Shown here: positions 27,787 to 41,275 of the stretch, in pieces
Layout of the letters: every line of letters begins with the position of its first letter
Position numbering within the stretch: the stretch's first letter is position 1
Source: Macrostomum lignano
Lineage: Eukaryota
Direction of reading: 5' to 3'
Length of the DNA stretch: 64,000 bases
NCBI GenBank assembly: GCA_002269645.1
Contig: NIVC01003102.1
Span: forward strand, 1-64,000
Translations under genes and position numbers: made by a program
Notes under the pieces: model-generated
Told to the model about the DNA's origin: nothing
Database searches by the model: none
What the model saw: only the letters and a program-made list of their open reading frames with translations

Positions 27787-30700
27787 ATGTCAGATTGTGA
27801 TCGAAATGAGATTCTTGCAAATTTTCAGGTAAGAATTTTTTTAATGTTATAGTTTTGTAGTAATACATAATAGATTTTTTTTCAATATTTAGTTTAAAAG
27901 AACCCTAAAATACTTATTTCAAATAAAGGAGTATATTGTATAATATAAAAAGAAGTTATATTAGTTAGGTCTAAGTTAAGATCCATAGGCCTAGTCCAAA
28001 TCATGCTGGGTGCACACTGAACAAAAATTTAAGAAAGACAAATGCACACTAAAAAAATTATTTGAGTGCATGGGGCCTACTCACACTTAAATCTAGGCCA
28101 ATGGCAATATAACTAAATGACCTTTTCTGTATTGTTACAATAAATGACCTTTTGCATATTTTAAAAGATCATTTTGCTAATAATTAATCTCATTATTTAC
28201 TATAGTTTAGAAGGCATCTATATGCCAAAAAATCAGGCATGCAAAAAATGTTAGTATATAGTTTGGTATGCACTGTGTACCTTTTATTTTTTATGAAATT
28301 CAACTCAATACTTTTATACAACTCAAAGCAATCTAAACATTAAAAGTATGAACAAACAACTGATATGTATAAAGAGCATAGCCATATTATTATAGCAATA
28401 TTGAGCAATTAAGGCAATAAAAAAGTTGATTGGCTAATTATGATCAGCAGAGATTTGATGTTGTTAAACAGGGTGGGAAGCCAAAGGCTACCCATGGATC
28501 AGCCCTGAGAGGGGCTCTGCCACTGAGAGGCACTACCAGGGGCATAAAGCCCAAGATACCCACCTGATTGGACCTTGAGGTCTAGGCCAAAGGGAATTTT
28601 AGGGCTACTAACCCAAGCCTATAGTAGGCCTACAAGACACCGCCAACCCAATATTAGTGGAATCAGGGATAGTGTTAGGACCAAGTCCACCCAGGCCACC
28701 ACCTTGCAAACAAACCCTAGGAGTGTACAAAAAAACAGAATTGGAATTGAAAATTTTTGATATATTATTGAAAACTGTCCAAGAGTAAGGAAACCCAGAA
28801 GTTGGAGCAAGTCTAAAAGGCTTATATCCAAGGGCAAGTCTCTTATCAGGCAGGATATAATGATTACCTATAGGGCTGCAAGCCATAAGGGTATCACCTA
28901 ACCAGCTCTATATTGGAAGCCAGGCCAAGGGGGTGGAGAGGGGCATAAGGGGCAAGAAAAAACTGGACTCAGCCAGTTTTCCCCGATTCGGGACAAACAT
29001 ACAGCCCAGGACTCCAATCCACTGTCAGTGATAAGAGCCTAGACACAATCATGCTTGGGTGCAACCTTGGGATTCACTTTGCCATTTCTATTGACAACAC
29101 ACACATGTAAGTTGCTATTGGACAGAATAGTAGTCACATGATTGCTCTCAGCCAATAGCAACTTACATGTATGTGTTGCCAATAGAAACGACCAAGTGAA
29201 TCCCAAGGTTGCGCATATATGGACACAATAAGCAGGGAAACAACCAGAAGATAGTGATGGATCAAAATTCAATTTCGATTTCGATATTCCAAAATTCGAA
29301 ACTAATTTTGCATTGAAATAATTTCGATTTCGAATTTCGACACCATTCATTGAAAATGATTTCAAAATTTTGGTTATATTTTAACAATTTAGACATTGAT
29401 GATCATGCTACACGAGTAAGAAAATCTATAGGAAGTGAAAGGAAGTGCAGTTCAAAGACTCAGTAGGGAGGCAAGAATCGCCTTTTCTACAAGAAAAGAT
29501 TGTGTGGGACACACACTGTTCCAGGCCTTGTGCTGCACCCACCTCAACCTCTACAAGCCCACTGGCTGAACTCATTGGCGTGAATTTTAATTGGCTAAAG
29601 ACTTAAAGCCTTAATGAAATGGATATAGGCTACTCGTATCTAGATCTTCAGCTTAAACAGCAGTGAAATACCTGGTATAATACAACTTCTACTGTATTTC
29701 TATGTACGAGTGTATAATACATAATACACCAGCATTTTCTATTTCGTATTTTTAAAGTAAGTTAAATCTAAAGTATTCTGGTTTAAACATATCAAAGATA
29801 ATTTTTATAAAACATGTAAGCTCATACATGCAGAGGCAAGGTGTTAACCTTTTTTGCATGATTAGTGAAAAAGTAAAAATTCATTAAGCTCAAAAAATTT
29901 CGATTTCAATTTCAATTTCAATTTCGATTCTAAGAAACCGAAAATTTCGATTTCGATTTCGATTTGAAAAATAATTTCAATCCATCACTACCAGAGGAGC
30001 CAGCAGATAGACCAAGGATAGAGCAAGATAGACCGGGCAAGGAGGGCAGAGCTCAAAACTCCAAAGATTAGAAGGCATTCTAATGGCCAAGATAAAACTG
30101 ATAAAAACAATAGGAGGACTACCCGGGGCTCAGCCATACACTTTTGTGAATGGTCATCTTTCCTGCAGGGCGGGTGCGAGTGGGGGGCTCAAGTCCCATT
30201 CTAGCCACACTGCAGTCCAAATCTCCAACTCACTCCAGGTATACCCCCCCCCCTAACCCAAAGGCAAGGGCCAGTTTAATTGGATAGAAATAAATAGGGT
30301 TATTTTTAGAATGGGCATAGCCCCTCTGGGGTGGACCCTTGGTGATTGGCCTAGCACTCAACTCCAACATAGTGGCGTCGACCATGTTCTCCATGTTTTT
30401 TAAGTTTTGAGAGAGAACACCAACTATGGACTACACTGCTCTGCCAAAATTTCTGTCCCTAACCTGCCTTTTGATCTTTAGACAAATTTACTATATAGAA
30501 TAATTAATTACTCATAAAAAATTCTTTTTTTGCCTCACACAAATATTTATTATTGTCAGCCTCAGTTTTTTGTTCATTCTATTAAAATAAACCTGAAGAT
30601 GCACCACAGAGTGCGAAATGTGTCGACTCACAAATGTTGATAGTTGGTTTTCTATTTTTAGCCATAATATCAAGTAATGATTTGTTTATAATGTTTTAGG

Positions 30701-33700
30701 CTGCCACTGGACTTGACGACATAGGCATCGCTATAGCCATACTAGAACAAGAGTCATGGGATTTGCAGGTAATGGCTATTTTTTTTCTTGATTCAATCAA
30801 TTAACTGTGCGCATGCTACTGTTAGTAGTTGAAGCAAAGTGTAGTTAATAACAATCTATGCAATCAAACCACTTTTAGCGAGCACTGCAGTCTTACTTAG
30901 ACACCGGGTCTCACGGCGGCGGCAGTGGCATCAATCCGGTTGAATCGCCCAATGTGCCAATATGCGAGCCCACCGTGCCAATGATGGACCAGGATGATAT
31001 TGCATTCAATGCGGAGGAGGCTTTCAGGCGTGGCCCGTTCGGCCCGAGTCTGGCCTCGCTTGGCCGCGTTGGGCCGCCATCATCGTCCAGCTCTCGCGGC
31101 GGCAGTGGAGCGGGCGGAGGGCGACCACAGCGGCCGAGGCCTGGCGGCAACGGGGCGTCGACAGCGGCGACAGGCAGCCGCAGCGGTTCAGAGCTGCGCA
31201 GCCGAAGTGGCGCCTCCGCTGCCGCCGCTGCCTCATCGTCGTCGAATTCCACAGGCGGCGCTAGCCGAGAAACCCGCAGCTCCAAACAGCGCCTGCTGCT
31301 ATTTAAAGTACAATTAGATGACGATCTATTGCACACGGTAGAGCGCGGCCTAGCAGAATTAAATGTTATCTCTAAAGAGTCGGACACGGTGCTAGAAATT
31401 AAGCGCCAGCTGCATCAGATGATGCAGCAGCCAATTGATATTGATGATATGCGCCTGCGCGGCTTTCCCAGTTCAGTTAGCGATAGCACTGTACTGGCCT
31501 CGCTCCGACTGCCGAAGGAGACGAAGCTATCTCTAGCCAGCGCTGATCCCCTAGTTGGAGAACGGTCTAACGTTACTAGGGGGCGGCATCAGCCGGCCGA
31601 GTATCACCTGACTGTGCGCAACGCCGATCGGACTAATTGCTCACAGGTGTTTCATTATAGAGCTGACGATTGCGTTGGCCGCTTGCGCACGGATGTGTAC
31701 AGTCTATGGGGCATCCCCAGCGCTACTCAGCAATGGTCAGGCTGGGATTTGAATTGGTCCAGCACGTTCGGTCTGAGTAACCTGCCGTCGCATCAGGATC
31801 TGGTTGTCAGAAGGAATCCGACGTCTGCCGCCGCCGCCGCCGCATCGGCAACAACTCCAGCTCCCGACGATTACGCTGATTACGATTTTGACTACGACGA
31901 TGAGCACGACATCCAGATGATTGAGGACGACGAAGAAGAGATAATTGACGCTACTACTGGCCGGCGGAGACCCGTGCCGCCTCGGTCGGTGCCGCTCATA
32001 CCGCCTGGCTGTCGCAGCGACTCTCAGGGTGTCAGGCAGTTTGTGGAAAACTTCGCGGCAAGGTTTGTAGCTGGGTGACGGCACGAGAGGGTTGGACTAA
32101 GGCTTAAGGTTTTCAATCACCTTCTGAAGGTACTAAGGTTGCAATCCAGCCTGAAATTATCTAAGAAGGTTGCAATTTACATTGAAGAGATTTGAGGTTG
32201 CAATCCACCCTGAAGAGATCTAAGAAGGTTGCAATTCACTCTAAAAAGATTTGAGAATTGTCATTCACCCTGAAGGGATCTAAGAAGGTTGCAATCCACC
32301 CTGAAGGGATCTAAGAAAGTTGCAATCTACCCTGAAGGGATCTATGAAGGAATCTAGGAAGGTGTGCAATCCATCTTGAAGGATCTAAGAAGGTTGCAGT
32401 CCATTTTAAGTGTCTAAGAAGGTTGCAGTCCATCTTGAAGGGATCTAAGAAGGTTTGCAATCCATCTTGAAGGGATCTAAGAAGGTTGCAATCCATCTTG
32501 AAGGGATCTAAGAAGGTTGCAATCCATCTTGAAGGGATCTAAGAAGGTTGCAATCCATCTTGAAGGGATCTAAGAAGGTTTGCAATCCATCTTGAAGGGA
32601 TCTAACAAGGTTTGCAATCCATCTTGAAGGGATCTAAGATGTAGAAATCAGGTAAAGTGGCTCGCTTGGCAAGTAAAATAAATAGAAAGCCGAAAATCAA
32701 CATGTGGTTTTTTCGACGCGTTTCGCACACCAAGGTGCATCGTCAGATTGCAGTCCATTAGGTTGCAGTCTAAGAAGGATCTAAGAAGTTTGCAGTCCAT
32801 TTTAAGTGTCTAAGAAGGTTGCAGTCCATCATGAAGGGATCTAAGAAGGTTTGCAATCCATCTTGAAGGGATCTAACAAGGTTTGCAATCCATCTCTAAG
32901 AAGGTTTGCAATCCATCTTGAAGGGATCTAACAAGGTTTGCAATCCATCTCTAAGAAGGTGTGCAATTCATCTTGAAGGGATTGCAGTTCATTTTGAAGT
33001 GTCTAAGAAGGTTGCAGTCCATCTTGAAGGGATCTAAGGTGTGCAATCCATCTTGTAGGGGTCTAAGGTGTGCAATCCATCTTGAAGTGATCTAAGAGGG
33101 TTGCAGTCCGCAAGTGCGACCGGCTCATATCGTCCCCTAAAGAATGAATCGAAAAGATTCGCATCGCTCGCTAATTCGCAGATACGGCTCCACCTGCCCG
33201 CTATTCAACAACGCCAGTTTAGCTTCGGCAATTGACGAAGCGGACGGCCAATCAACGGCCGACAAGAGACCGTTAGCAATCTATCTGCATCACGATAGAT
33301 CAATAGCCGCTCAAATATTCTGCTCTAACGTATTAACTAATGCAGCCGTTATCGAATTTCTCAACGCTAATTTTGTATTGTGGCCGTGGGATCTGACCCA
33401 GCCGGACAATGCCGCCACATTGGTGACGCTGGCGGCCAGGCAGCTGGGTCTTGACGCTGCCGATCGGATTCGTCAACTTGCGCCGGATGACCTGCCCGCT
33501 CTGCTAGTTGTTGCCCATCGGCCACGAGCTGCTCACGAAATTATTGGCGACGTTCAAGGCGTCAGCGATCCGTCGGCAGCTTTGGACATGCTGGTGAAAG
33601 CTCTGGACGAGTTCAGGGCCTGGCGAGAGGCGGAATTGGCCGAGGAGAATGCCAGGGAGATGAGAACTATGGAGCGGCTGGAGATGCAGACCGCATATGA

Positions 33701-35248
33701 GGAGAGTCTGCGGTTGGATAGGCAGAAAGAGGAGGTGAGTGACGGGTGGTTTTTTGGGAGATTTGCATTTTGTGAGTCTGCGTGGGATTTTGGAATTGAA
33801 AGTAGTTATGAAATCCTATAGGTGGAAACTGAAGATTTGAGATACAATTGGGAAGATTCGGAATCTAATTGGGAAGATTCGGAATCTAATTGGGGAGATT
33901 TTGGAATCTGATAGGGAGATTTAGGAATCTAATTGGGGAGATTTTGGAATCTGATTGGGGAGTTTTAGGAATCTGATTGGGGAGATTTAGGAATCTGGTG
34001 GGGAGATTTAGGAATCTGATTGGGAGATTTAGGAATCTGATTGGGAGATTTAGGAATCTAATTGGGGAGATTTTGGAATCTGATTGGGGAGTTTTAGGAA
34101 TCTGATTGGGGAGATTTAGGAATCTGGTGGGGAGATTTAGGAATCTGATTGGGAGATTTAGGAATCTGATTGGGAGATTTAGGAATCTGATTGGGGAGAT
34201 TTAGGAATCTGATTGGGGAGTTTTAGGAATCTGATTGGGGAGATTTAGGAATCTGATTGGGGAGTTTTAGGAATCTGATTGGGGAGATTTAGGAATCTGG
34301 TGGGGAGATTTAGGAATCTGATTGGGAGATTTAGGAATCTGATTGGGAGATTTAGGAATCTGATTGGGGAGATTTAGGAATCTGATTGGGGAGTTTTAGG
34401 AATCTGATTGGGGAGATTTAGGAATCTAATTGGGAGATTTAGGAATCTGATTGGGGAGATTTAGGAATCTGATTGGGGAGATTTAGGAATCTGATTGGAG
34501 AGATTAAGGAATCTGATTGGGGAGTTTTAGAAATCTAATTAGTGAGATTTAGGAATCTAATTGAGGAGATTTGGGAATCTAATTGGGAAGATTTAGGAAT
34601 CTAATTGGGGAGATTTAGGAATCTGATTGGGGAGATTTAGGAATCTGATTGGGGAGATTTAGGAATCTGATTGGGAGATTTAGGAATCTGGTGGGGAGAT
34701 TTAGGAATCTGATTGGGGAGATTTAGGAATCTGATTGGGGAGTTTTAGAAATTTAATTTAGATGCGGAGTCTAATAGGAAAGATTCCGAATCTAATGGGG
34801 AAGATTCCGAATCTAATGGGGAAGATTCCGAATCTAATGGGGAAGATTCCGAAATCAGATAAGATCAGATTTCGCTATCCCTAACAATCCCCTTTTCTCT
34901 CAGCAACGCGCCGAGAAGCAGCGCCTCGAGCGTGAACAGCAAGAACGCGCCGAGGCTGAGCAGCGCCAAGCGCTGGCGCAGCTGCCCGAGGAGCCGCAGG
35001 CGGGCCAACCGGCCGCCACAATCCGCCTTCGACTGCCGGGCGGCTCGGAGACTCGACAGCGGCGATTTAATCCACAGGACCGACTACGGCATCTGGCCGC
35101 CTATTGCGCCAGCCTGGGCTACGCGGAGTCCAACTACAACTTGGTGACCGCTTTTCCACGGCGAACACTGAGCCAGCTGGATATGGACACCACGTTTGAG
35201 GCTGCCGGCCTCGTGCCGCAGGAGACCGTGCTGCTGGAGGAGAAGTAA
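27787..35248 (+). CDS. FAF1: FAS-associated factor 1 (UBA-UBL-UBL-UAS-coiled coil-UBX), 730 aa (exons 27787-27828, 30700-30768, 30879-32062, 33182-33734, 34904-35248)
   Basis: MSDCDRNEILANFQ|AATGLDDIGIAIAILEQESWDLQ (UBA), UBL-like segments, FVENFAAR|YGSTCPLF...LAIYLHHDRS...FLNANFVLWPWDLT (UAS), C-terminal UBX with FPRR and ETVLLEEK*. Phases 0,0,2,0; 2193 nt. Confidence 0.95.
29060..29212. mobile_element. Foldback palindrome (~65-bp arms, ~20-nt loop), MITE-like, in FAF1 intron 1
   Basis: tgcaaccttgggattcactttgccatttctattgacaacacacacatgtaagttgctattgg pairs with the reverse complement of ~29150-29212 at roughly 85-90%. Confidence 0.8.
29252..29990. mobile_element. Non-autonomous hAT MITE, 739 bp, in FAF1 intron 1
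   Basis: TIRs tagtgatggatcaaaatt / reverse complement tagtgatggattgaaatt; 8-bp TSD ccagaaga (29244-29251) vs ccagagga (29991-29998); subterminal atttcg repeats at both ends. Confidence 0.88.
32100..33110. repeat. ~31-bp minisatellite (tgcaatccatcttgaagggatctaagaaggt) in FAF1 intron 3, interrupted at ~32640-32760
   Basis: Homogeneous core 32430-32640 with degenerate flanks. Confidence 0.92.
33840..34865. repeat. 22-bp minisatellite (gattggggagatttaggaatct) in FAF1 intron 4
   Basis: About 40 units, G-rich on the sense strand. Confidence 0.95.
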
Positions 35249-35276
35249 TGTTAAAAAATGTTTATTTCTAAGAAAC

Positions 35277-35282
35277 AATAAA
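35277..35282 (+). promoter_or_regulatory. Polyadenylation signal of FAF1
   Basis: AATAAA ~30 nt after the TAA stop. Confidence 0.6.
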
Positions 35283-35394
35283 ACCCTGTCCAAAAAGTTC
35301 TCTATGGATGTAAATGTGTGGGGAAAGTTAAAATGTGAAATTTCGAAATAAAAAAAAGATGTGAAAACCTGCGTGTCTCAAATCCCCAATTCCT

Positions 35395-36270
35395 AGATTT
35401 GGATCCCGATATCACAGATTCAGGGTCTCACGAACTCCGATTCAAGATCCCGAGAGGTCCCAGATTCAGGATCTCACGAACTCAGATTCAGGATCTCACG
35501 AACTCAGATTCAGGATCCCGAGAGGTCCCAGATTCAGGATCTCACGGATTCAGATTCAGGATCTCACGAACTCAGATTCAGGATCCCGAGAGGTCCCAGA
35601 TTCAGGATCTCACGAACTCAGATTCAGGATCTCACGAACTCAGATTCAGGATCCCGAGAGGTCCCAGATTCAGGATCTCACGGATTCAGATTCAGGATCT
35701 CACGGATTCAGATTCAGGATCCCGAGAGGTCCCATATTCAGGATCCCGAGAGGTCCCAGATTCAGGATCCCGAGAGGTCCCAGATTCAGGATCCCGAGAG
35801 GTCCCATATTCAGGATCCTGAGTGGTCCCAGATTCAGGATCCCGCGGCCCCAGATTCGGGATCTCACAAATTCAGATTCAGGATCCCGTGGCCCCAGATT
35901 CAGGATCTCACAAATTCAGATTCAGGATCCCGTGGCCACAGATTCAGGATCTCACGAATTCAGATTCCGGATCCCGCGGCCCCAGATTCAGGATCTCACG
36001 AACTCAGATTTCGGATCCCGCGGCCCCAGATTCAGGATCCCCGAGAGGTCCCAGATTCAGGATCCCGAGAGGTCCCATATTCAGGATCCTGAGTGGTCCC
36101 AGATTCAGGATCCCGCGGCCCCAGATTCGGGATCTCACAAATTCAGATTCAGGATCCCGTGGCCCCAGATTCAGGATCCCGTGGCCACAGATTCAGGATC
36201 TCACGAATTCAGATTCCGGATCCCGCGGCCCCAGATTCAGGATCTCACAAACTCAGATTCAGGATACTGA
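35395..36270. repeat. Composite ~24-bp minisatellite (cagattcaggatcccgagaggtcc / cagattcaggatctcacgaact) just 3' of FAF1
   Basis: Shared cagattcaggatc core; source of ORFs 35399-35821, 35822-36289, 35932-36270. Confidence 0.93.
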
Positions 36271-37049
36271 GGTTCGAGAATCAGCATGAAGAATGTGAGA
36301 TAGTAAAATCGGGAATCAAGGATCCAGAGGAGATGCCTGTAACATTGCAGTACTGTAATATAATTAATGGGTTGAATAAATTGCGCAATAAACTTACTGG
36401 TTTGTCGTCTTTGGTTGAATGTGATTTTAGTATCGTGTCTTTGTTCTTACATATTTCCTCTACTGCTTATTTACGTTTCAGTTTATTGTTTGACCGAATT
36501 GACTCTTTGTTTTTCTTAATTTAAATGACAATTGCGTTACTCCAGACTGAACCTGCAGTGGCAGTGCAGCCCCCCCCCTCCCTGGGCATCCAATTCAGTT
36601 ATAAATGAATTTGTACGCGAAACTCCCAACGGTGCTTAGCCAGTTGTAAATCATTCTGAAATGATAGATAATATCCCAACTAAGCCAGCACCTGTTATTT
36701 ATTCTATTTAACCGCTAATACTTGGATAAATGCCATTTCTGATGACAATTGTTACTATTTGCTCCATGTGTTTTTCTAATGCTTTCTTTTTGTGTGTGAG
36801 CGGACCGGCTGCTCTCGCTGGTAAAATTTACTCGCTTTTCTGTTCCGCATGTCGAACTATTCAGCATATCTCTGTTTTAGTATACATTTATTATATGAAT
36901 GAATAAAAAAAATATGAACAACTTTTGTCTGTCTCCGTGTGCGTGTTTTTATGCCCAGCAACAGAATTCGATACCCCACCGTGTCTTGTTTGCTCCTCAG
37001 CTTTTTAAATATTTTTTAAAGTTGGAAATGCTCATAGTCGCAGCGTTCT

Positions 37050-37108
37050 TGTTTGTACGTCTGCCTGTATATCTGCGTCTCTCTGTGTCTCTGTGTATGT
37101 CTGCCTGC

Positions 37109-37140
<32 letters not shown>

Positions 37141-37297
37141 ATATCTGTGTCTCTGTCTCTGTGTATGTCTGTCTGTCTGTCTGTCTGTCTGTCTGCCTGC
37201 CTGCCTGTCTCTGTCTGTCTGTCTGTCTGTCTCTTTGTCTGTCTGTCTGTCTCTCTGTCTATCTGTGTGTGTATGTCTGTCTATCTGTCTGTCTGAT
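37050..37297. repeat. Degenerate (TCTG)n microsatellite
   Basis: tctg/cctg/tatg mixture. Confidence 0.9.
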
Positions 37298-38456
37298 ACG
37301 AGTGTAGTGTCGTCTGTCTCTCTTAGGGTCGATTTCGCACAAGAGGAAAAGCAAAGAGAACAGCTGGCTGAGCAATGTTTGAGTCCCAAAGTAGTGTAAT
37401 AAGTGTATTTTTTGCTTCTCGAGTGAAGCGATCTGCGTTGTAATATAGAATAATGTATTTCTTGACTAAATTAACTTTTTACCTTTTAATTGGTCACGTA
37501 CGCGTGATAGAAAAGAACTTTTAATAAAGTTATTCCAAATTTATAAAAGTAAAATAGAAGGTTCACAGTTTTCTCTTAGATGTGGGAATTCGTAAAGGGA
37601 ATATTAAATTACGAGAGTGAAACAAGAACATACCCTCGTACTTATAAAAAGGCTTATGGCTGCAATTGGAACTCAACTTGATAGATTTTGATTTAAATTC
37701 GTGCCGAAAAAGCTCCCTACGTATTGTAAAAGTTATGCATCCGGAAATTTACTATTAATAGTTGGTTTTCCGTTATTTAATTATTGCACAAAAATTTGAA
37801 TTGAAAATACATGTATGTTGACTCGGGTTCAAATAAATTTGGCTCTTCACAGAAAATAACAAATGTCTTAAATGTTGAAAGATAATTATCGAGTCCTGAA
37901 AGAGGATTCACGCCTCAAGAATATTGCTATTTCTGTATTACATTACAAAATCTGTGGTCACCGAGGGAGGGCAATCTGAACTAAAAAATCTGTTTTGGAA
38001 AAAAAATAAAATATTCATTGCTTCTGAAATACAACAAAAACAAAGATTTTATGAATAGTTTTACATTGGAGATAGTAAAAGTGCCAAATTACATGCTTAT
38101 TTGCAATTTTAACAAAAATATGATATAACGTCTTTAGTTTAGGAAACACTGTAGTGTAGATGATATAGTCATTAGAAATTTCTTCTTGTAAAAAAGATAG
38201 AAAAAATATGTTACATACATATTAGCTACATATAGTCTAAATAAGGTGTGGTTTTGCGAAATCGAAATTATTAATGTCGGTTCATGTCGTGAGTCCTTTA
38301 GGCACTGGCGTTTGCCCACGGTAATTTATACCAACTAAGTAAATTACGAACTAAATTTAAATTTATAGTATTTTATTAGTTTAGTTACTATAAATTAAAT
38401 ATATTGAGGATTATATAAAAACATACTATTTATTAAATTATAATATTACTAATTAC

Positions 38457-41040
38457 TAGGGGGCGACCCAGTCCCGGGCCCGGGCCCGAAAAGTCGGGAA
38501 TCCCGACCAAAATCGTGGCCCGACCCGGGCCCGGGCCCGAACCTAAAAAAGTCGGGAAATCGGGACAAGTCTTTTTTCCCTAAAGGCACTAACCGCGTGC
38601 GAATAAGAAAAAATTATTTTTCAACACATTCACACTAATTTACCTTTAATTCCAGCCCCAGGAAAATGCAACTGCAACTGCAAGGCATGACTGCATGAGG
38701 CATCTCTGTCTCTGGTCGGTCACTGACCTCACCTCGACCTTACCTGACCTGACTGTGAGCGGTCTGTGATTCTATGAAGCTGTCGGTCACTCACTGTCAC
38801 TGGTGACTGGTGTCAGTCAAGCTCAAGCCTGTCTGCCCTGCCCCGGCTGTCCGTGAAGTTCGGTGATGTCTGGTGCTGCTCCCATCCCGATTCCCGATGT
38901 CCAGTCCAGGTCCAGGCTGCCAAGTCCGAGTGCCGATGCCGACTCCCGTTCCCGTTCCGTCACCGTCCTGAGTCTTGGACAGCTGGACTCCTGTCCTGAG
39001 TCCTGACTCCCACTCGAGCTTGAGTCAAGTAACCCACTCACTTAACTAAACAGTCAGATTCGAATTTTCGAGTGTACATGTACGACAATAAAATTACATA
39101 CTGTTCAAAATTGATGATACATATCATACAATATACATACAATATAGATATATGTATATATATATATGTAATACTGATAGACTGATAGTGATATCATATC
39201 TGATACCGATTTATTGAAATTGACATCGTAAAAGATTACTGACTTCTGAGTTTTGACTTTTTCCTTTTTTATCACTTTCGTTTCGTCTGGACTCCTGGAG
39301 TGGAGAAGAGAAGTTGAGTGGAGGCCGAGGCCCGAGGGTGGACTGGACTGGACTTTGAACTTTCTGGGCTCGTGGAGTGGAGTCGTGTCGTGTCTGAGGC
39401 GTGAGTCGTGACTTGTGACTGATTCGTGATTCGCGAGTTTTGTTTTGACCGTGACGGTGACTCGTGATTGTGTAGTGACTCGTGAGTCGTGATCGTGACT
39501 CCGTAAGTGACGGACTACAGACGGAGTGCTAAAAATCACTGCTAGGCTAGTGCTATAAGTATCGAGTAATTATTACTGTCACTTTCGTTAGAATTATACA
39601 GTGTAGTGTAGTGTACTCTAATCAATAATCATTTCATCGTCATCCGTCATGTCAGGTCAGTGGTCAGGACTCAGGACTCAGGATCAGGACAGCACAACAC
39701 TCAGTTAAGCATCGCATCAGTAATAGTAATAGATTTAGTATATTTAGATGATATGATGTGAAGTAGCAATATCATTGATTCGTAGTAGGCTCTTAGCGTG
39801 AGCGTCTGTGACCGTGAGCGTCAGCCACAGCCAGTTTCCACTTTCCAGGAAGATCGGATTTTTTTTCCAGGAAGATAAAATTAAAACATAGTTTTGCAAT
39901 ACTTTTTTGCAATATTGATTCCACTTTACACGCTGCAGGCTGCAGCCTAAAAGCAAAAATATGATTCTTTAAAAAGTTTATTTGTCATTTTTAAGCTTTT
40001 GTAAATAACATTTCCTATTTACATTCCAAGAAGGCTACCATTTTTCCAAGAAGTTTGCTATCTATTAGAGTTTGTAATCGTGTTCATATTTGTATCGTAG
40101 GTAGTCGTAGTCGTAGACTTGTAGTATCGTATTCGTAATCATATTCGTTTAAGTAGGTAGGTGAGCAGGTAGGCAGGTATCAGCTAATTACTTGTATTTC
40201 CATTGTCTGTTTGCCTGTTCTGTTGAGACAGTTGAGTGTTGTGTTGTGTTGTCACTTCACTTGTGTTCTGTTCTGTTATCTTGTCTTGTTGTCTTACTGA
40301 ATACTGACTGTGTACATGGCTCTTTACATTGAAGCTATGTAAAGGAACTAAAAATTCAAATAAAAGAATCAATCAATTGATTTGGTTCTTACTTCCTTAC
40401 TGCTTCCTATGCCAAGTGCCTTACACTTAATGCTTCAGCTTTTCTTCTTTTGCTTACTGCCACTGCCAGTGCCAGCCGCACTGCCGCAGTGACTGCTTGC
40501 CTACCTCACTGCTTGTTAGTATCACTGTCACTGGCACACACACAGTACTTGTGCCACACACTCACACAGTGACATTGAATTTGAACTATTGAGTATATTG
40601 ATATTTGAGTATTAAGTCTTTTAATGTAACTCTTATCTTATTCTGAAGTCTTAACTAATGTATTAAATAATAATAATATTTATTGTATATTTATTATATT
40701 TAAATTTAAATATTTATTATATTTAATATAATATATTATATTTATTATATTTATATATTATTATATATTTAATATATTTATATATTATAATATATTTAAT
40801 GTTTATCATATATTTATTATACATTTAATATATTATATTAAATTTAATATATTGATATATTTATTATATATTTAATAGTAATCCGCATATGCTAAAAGTA
40901 TTAAGATTTATTATGATTTTTTTCCAATTATTGAGCTGTCCTAAAGATCTTGTCCCGAATTCCCGAGGCCCGACCCGGGCCCGAGTCCTCATTCCCGGGC
41001 CCGACCCGGGCCCGACTTTGGCCGTCCCGGTCGCCCCCTA
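38457..41040. mobile_element. Non-autonomous hAT DNA transposon, 2584 bp
   Basis: Perfect 12-bp TIRs TAGGGGGCGACC / GGTCGCCCCCTA; perfect 8-bp TSD ctaattac (38449-38456 and 41041-41048); subterminal gggcccg/cccga arrays at both ends; no transposase ORF. Confidence 0.95.
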
Positions 41041-41275
41041 CTAATTACTTATCCAGACTTCTGTGAGCCTTTGCCAAAGCAAAAAGTCCATTCAACCGCT
41101 CAATAATAAAACCACAAAATAAAAATCTCTGGATTCTGTAATAAAATAAACACTTGTGATTAAATTTAAATTTTTCAAAACAGTAGGAAAAAGTAAATTA
41201 AAAAGGCTGTTTATTTGAGAAGAAATAAAAGTACATCTCGTCCAGCTTTATCAACAGGATTTTACAGATGCTTCA

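Noticed and set aside
30911-31387. Minus-strand ORFs over FAF1 exon 3
   Set aside because: Antisense shadow of a GC-rich exon.
40670-40880. Near-pure A/T tract as a replication origin or regulatory element
   Set aside because: Low-complexity TA expansion inside the hAT element; nothing supports a function.
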